A stretch of 64,000 bases of DNA from an uncultured Gemmatimonadaceae bacterium (GTDB lineage: Bacteria > Gemmatimonadota > Gemmatimonadetes > Gemmatimonadales > Gemmatimonadaceae), in NCBI GenBank assembly GCA_963761305.1, contig CAVXGK010000001.1:160001-224000 (forward strand), in the 5' to 3' direction. Numbering within the stretch: position 1 is the stretch's first letter; every line of letters begins with the position of its first letter. Under the pieces are notes generated by a model that was given only the letters and a program-made list of their open reading frames with translations, searched no databases and was not told the origin of the DNA. Shown here one piece after another: positions 60,314-64,000 of this stretch. The translations under genes were made by a program, and so were the position numbers.

Positions 60314-60340
60314 TGAAACTCGTTTCGTCGGACGTCCGTA
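60314..60340 (+). promoter_or_regulatory. SigW-like ECF promoter
   Basis: TGAAAC-N17-CGTA, 35 bp upstream of the TolC-family ATG. Confidence 0.55.
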
Positions 60341-60375
60341 CTCCCCCCAGAACCCACCAAACAGGATTGCCGACA

Positions 60376-61839
60376 ATGCGTTCGTTGCGGTTCGTCGCGG
60401 CACTGGCGATCTCCGCGCAGTCGATGATTGCGCAGCAGCCGATCAACAAGTCCCTCACGCTCGACGACGCGATCACTACCGCGCGCCGAAATAATCCGAA
60501 CTATCTGATAGTCGCGAACAACGTCCGTTCGCAGACGGCGACGCTCCGAGAGACCTATTCGGCGCTGCTCCCGAACGTCTCGTCGAGGCTAAGCGTCGGC
60601 TATCAACAGGCAGGAACCCAGTTCGTTTCCGGGGTCGCGCTCGGCGCGAATGGGGACACCTACCAATCGAGCTACAGCCTCGGCGTCGGATATGGTATCA
60701 GCGGTGCCGCGTTGTTCGCGCCGCGCCAGGCGCGGGCAAATCGCGACGCGGCCGAGGCGGACGTTACCAGTCAAGCCGAGGCCACGCGCGCGCAGGTCAC
60801 CAATCAGTACATCGCGGCGCTCAAATCGCAGGCTCAGGCGAACCTCGCCGATTCGCTCGTAGCCTCAGCCACAGGCCAACTGGACCTTGCGCAGGCCAAA
60901 ATGGAAGTCGGCGCGGCAACGATCGTCGACATCCGCACGGCGGAGGTCGCAGTGGGCCAGGCCCAGGTCAACCAGGTGACGACGCACAACCAGGCCGTCA
61001 TCGACAAGATCCGACTCTTCCAGTACATGGGCGTTCCTGCCGACACCAGCGTGCAGCTTACGACGAAGTTCGCCATCTCAGAACCGCCGTTTACGCTCGA
61101 TTCGGTGCTCTCGCTCGCGAAGCGATTGAATCCCGACGTTGCGGCCGATGAGTCTCGGCGCTTCGCCGCGCAGATGGGCGTGCGGTCGGCGCAGATGAGC
61201 TACTTCCCAAGCCTCTCGCTCAGCACGGGATGGGGCGGGAACGCATTTTCGTACGCCGATCCGAATTACCTGGTTGGCCTAGCGTCCGGACAAGCGGCGT
61301 CGAGCTTTGCGTCCTGCATGACCCTCGACTCGATCCGCACGCGGTCAGGACTGGGCGGGGTTACGTGCCAATCGGGCACCCTTACCCCGCAACAAATCGC
61401 GAATGTGCGAGCCGGCAACAACGCGTTCCCGTTCAACTTTACAAAAAACCCGCTCGGCGTCAGCGCCGCGTTGTCACTTCCGATCTTCAACAACTACCAG
61501 CGCGAAGCGCAGGTCGAGCAAGCTCGGGTCCAGCGCGACAACGCGGACTACACGCTCAAGGCGCGCAATCTCCAGCTCACGACCGACGTGACGAACGCGT
61601 ATCTCACCCTGATCGCGGCGGCCAAGACGGTGCATCTGCAGGAGCAGACCGCCGAGAAGGCTTCGGAGGATCTCGCGGCCGTCACGGAGAAGTACAAGGT
61701 TGGCGCGGCGACCTATCTCGACGTCATCACCGCGCGCGGGCTCTACGAAACGGCCGAGATCGGCCGGGTCAATTCGATCTACGACTATCACACGGCGTTC
61801 GCCAATCTCGAGAGTGCAGTTGGGCGCCCACTCCGCTGA
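60376..61839 (+). CDS. TolC-family outer membrane efflux protein
   Basis: LTLDDAITTARRNNP, YFPSLSL, LSLPIFN, YKVGAATYLDV, LESAVG. Confidence 0.92.
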   Translation: MRSLRFVAALAISAQSMIAQQPINKSLTLDDAITTARRNNPNYLIVANNVRSQTATLRETYSALLPNVSSRLSVGYQQAGTQFVSGVALGANGDTYQSSYSLGVGYGISGAALFAPRQARANRDAAEADVTSQAEATRAQVTNQYIAALKSQAQANLADSLVASATGQLDLAQAKMEVGAATIVDIRTAEVAVGQAQVNQVTTHNQAVIDKIRLFQYMGVPADTSVQLTTKFAISEPPFTLDSVLSLAKRLNPDVAADESRRFAAQMGVRSAQMSYFPSLSLSTGWGGNAFSYADPNYLVGLASGQAASSFASCMTLDSIRTRSGLGGVTCQSGTLTPQQIANVRAGNNAFPFNFTKNPLGVSAALSLPIFNNYQREAQVEQARVQRDNADYTLKARNLQLTTDVTNAYLTLIAAAKTVHLQEQTAEKASEDLAAVTEKYKVGAATYLDVITARGLYETAEIGRVNSIYDYHTAFANLESAVGRPLR

Positions 61840-61854
61840 GGACTGCTGACCATC

Positions 61855-63153
61855 ATGGGTAAGAAATCGAAGCTGGCGATTGGAATCCTTGCTCTGGGGG
61901 GCCTGGGATTCGTCGTCGGGCTGAGTGCCTTCAAAAAGAGCAACAAGGCCGTCGAGGTCCGCATCGAGGCCGTCCAACGCCGCGATCTGATCGCGTCGGT
62001 GACGGCGAGCGGACAAGTGCGGCCCCAGACGAAGGTCGACGTTGCCTCCGACGTCAGCGGCAAGATCACCAAGCTCGCCGTGAAAGAAGGCCAGATGGTG
62101 AAACAGGGCGACCTCCTGCTGCAGATCGATCCGACGCAGGCGCAGGCGGCCGTCCAGCACGCCGAGGCGGCGCTGGCCACGAGCCGCGCTCAGTTGACCC
62201 AGGCGCAGGCGAACCTGGACGGAGCCCAGAAGAGCTTCAACCGTTCGGCGGCGATCAAGAAGGCGAATCCGCTGCTCATTTCCGACGAGCAGATCGAGCA
62301 GCTCAAGACCGCGGTGGACGTGAACGCGGCGCTCGTCGACGCAGCCAAACACGACGTCGACCAGTCGGTCGCGTCGGTAAACGACGCCCAGAGCTCGCTC
62401 GACAAGACGACGATCTTCGCGCCGATGTCCGGGCGGATCACCCGTCTCGACGTCGAGCAGGGCGAGACCGCGGTCCCGGGCACGTTCAACAAGGACGCGG
62501 CAACGCTGCTCACGATCAGCGACATGACGGTGCTCGAGACGCGCGTGAAGGTCGACGAGACCGACGTGGCGCGTATTTCGGTCGGCGATTCCGCGCAGGT
62601 TCAGCTCGACGCGTTCCCCGACACGACGTTCGTCGGCCGCGTCACGCGAATCGCGAACAGCTCGGTGAACGGCTCGACCACGGCGGCGGCAACGGCGACG
62701 ACCGATCAGGCGGTAGACTACGAAGTCACCATCCAGCTCCTGAACGCACCCAAGGACACGCGGCCGGACTTCTCGGCCACGGCCAAGGTGATCACCGACA
62801 AGAAGCTCAACGTCCTGTCGGTGCCGATCATCGCCCTGACGGTGCGCGAGAACCAGGCGATTCAGCTGGGCGACACGGCGGTCGGGTTGGGTAAAGCCAA
62901 GCCGGCCAAAGAGGTGGGCAAGAAGGACGTGGAGGGGGTTTTCGTGGTCGGAACGGACAACAAAGTGACCTTCCGGGCCGTAAAAGTGGGTATAGCCGGC
63001 GAGAAGGACTTTGAGATCGTCGACGGTGTCAAAGAGGGTGAGCGGATCGTCGCCGGTACGTACCAGGCGATTCGCGACCTCAAGGACGGCGCCGTCGTGC
63101 GAGAGACCAAGCCGGACCCAAAGAAAGCCGCCACCCCAGGGACCAAGTCGTGA
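61855..63153 (+). CDS. Efflux periplasmic adaptor (MacA/HlyD-like)
   Basis: [35 protein letters not shown]. Confidence 0.92.
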   Translation: MGKKSKLAIGILALGGLGFVVGLSAFKKSNKAVEVRIEAVQRRDLIASVTASGQVRPQTKVDVASDVSGKITKLAVKEGQMVKQGDLLLQIDPTQAQAAVQHAEAALATSRAQLTQAQANLDGAQKSFNRSAAIKKANPLLISDEQIEQLKTAVDVNAALVDAAKHDVDQSVASVNDAQSSLDKTTIFAPMSGRITRLDVEQGETAVPGTFNKDAATLLTISDMTVLETRVKVDETDVARISVGDSAQVQLDAFPDTTFVGRVTRIANSSVNGSTTAAATATTDQAVDYEVTIQLLNAPKDTRPDFSATAKVITDKKLNVLSVPIIALTVRENQAIQLGDTAVGLGKAKPAKEVGKKDVEGVFVVGTDNKVTFRAVKVGIAGEKDFEIVDGVKEGERIVAGTYQAIRDLKDGAVVRETKPDPKKAATPGTKS

Positions 63154-63950
63154 ACCCACCAACCGTAGAAGCACCGCTCAGCGAAACGGCCGAGCGGCAG
63201 GCGATCGTCGGAAAGCCCGGCGCCGCGCCCGACTCGAAATGGATCATCGTGACGCGCGGCGTGAAGCGCGAATACGACATGGGCGGTGAAATCGTGCGCG
63301 CGCTGCGCGGCATCGATCTCGCCATCGGCCGCAACGAGTACGTTGCCATCATGGGACCGTCGGGCTCCGGTAAGTCGACGCTCATGAACGTCATCGGCTG
63401 CCTCGATACGCCGAACGCCGGCGAGTACTGGCTCAACGGCCAGATGGTGTCGAAGATGAGCGACGACGCGTTGGCCCGCGTGCGCAACAAGGAGATCGGG
63501 TTCGTCTTCCAGACGTTCAACCTGCTCCCGCGCGCGACGGCCCTGCACAACGTCGAGCTGCCGCTCGTGTACGCCGGCGTGAAGGCAGACGAGCGTCGCC
63601 GCCGCGCGATCGAGGCGCTGGGCAAGGTGCAGTTGCAGGACCGCATGGACCACCGGCCGAACGAGCTCTCGGGCGGTCAGCGACAGCGCGTCGCCATCGC
63701 GCGAGCGCTGGTCAACGAGCCGTCCATGCTCCTCGCCGACGAGCCGACCGGTAACCTCGACTCGCAGACGTCGGAAGAGATCATGAGAGTGTTCGAGTCG
63801 CTTGCCGAAGCCGGACAAACGGTCGTCATGGTGACGCACGAGCCGGACATCGCGGCGCACGCGCGACGCGTCGTCGTGTTGCGCGACGGTCTCATTTCGA
63901 CCGACGAGCGGCGCGAGCAGTTCGCCGCCCGGCTAGGCACCAACACGTAA
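63150..63950 (+). CDS. ABC transporter ATP-binding protein (MacB/LolD-like)
   Basis: [41 protein letters not shown]. Confidence 0.95.
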   Translation: MNPPTVEAPLSETAERQAIVGKPGAAPDSKWIIVTRGVKREYDMGGEIVRALRGIDLAIGRNEYVAIMGPSGSGKSTLMNVIGCLDTPNAGEYWLNGQMVSKMSDDALARVRNKEIGFVFQTFNLLPRATALHNVELPLVYAGVKADERRRRAIEALGKVQLQDRMDHRPNELSGGQRQRVAIARALVNEPSMLLADEPTGNLDSQTSEEIMRVFESLAEAGQTVVMVTHEPDIAAHARRVVVLRDGLISTDERREQFAARLGTNT

Positions 63951-64000
63951 CTTCGACGAGGGTTCCCTCGTAACAACGGGAGACGTCCGAGGGCACTCCG

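Overview
High-GC bacterial chromosomal window. The gene content (carboxypeptidase-regulatory-domain proteins, FlgD/T9SS-like tail, short periodic intergenic repeats) looks like Gemmatimonadota; this is an inference. Most of the window is housekeeping or envelope genes: smc, aroF, lolA, tmk-ylbF-prmC-prfA-rpmE, crp-MBL-pxpBCA, hemL-rimO, yajQ, a sigma-70 factor, lepB, an NtrX-like regulator, thpR-larE, an NtrY-like kinase and a TolC-MFP-ABC exporter. The accessory zone is ~32.0-40.4 kb. It holds a ~6.1 kb integrase-less manganese-uptake island (MnoP-like porin, mntH, USP, DtxR/MntR regulator, candidate operator boxes, double XRE-HTH gene). The island is inserted in comM at the NPCPC codons, supplies its own replacement comM 3' end, and leaves the original 3' end displaced and truncated. 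Next to it lie a MITE-like element with ~42-bp terminal inverted repeats and a 19 x 21-bp tandem array. Other oddities are a peptidase-hydrolase fusion hinged on a G9 tract, a pseudokinase-kinase tandem protein and two SigW-like ECF promoters. I recognised no rRNA, tRNA, CRISPR, integrase or transposase. All assignments come from reading motifs by eye, without database searches.
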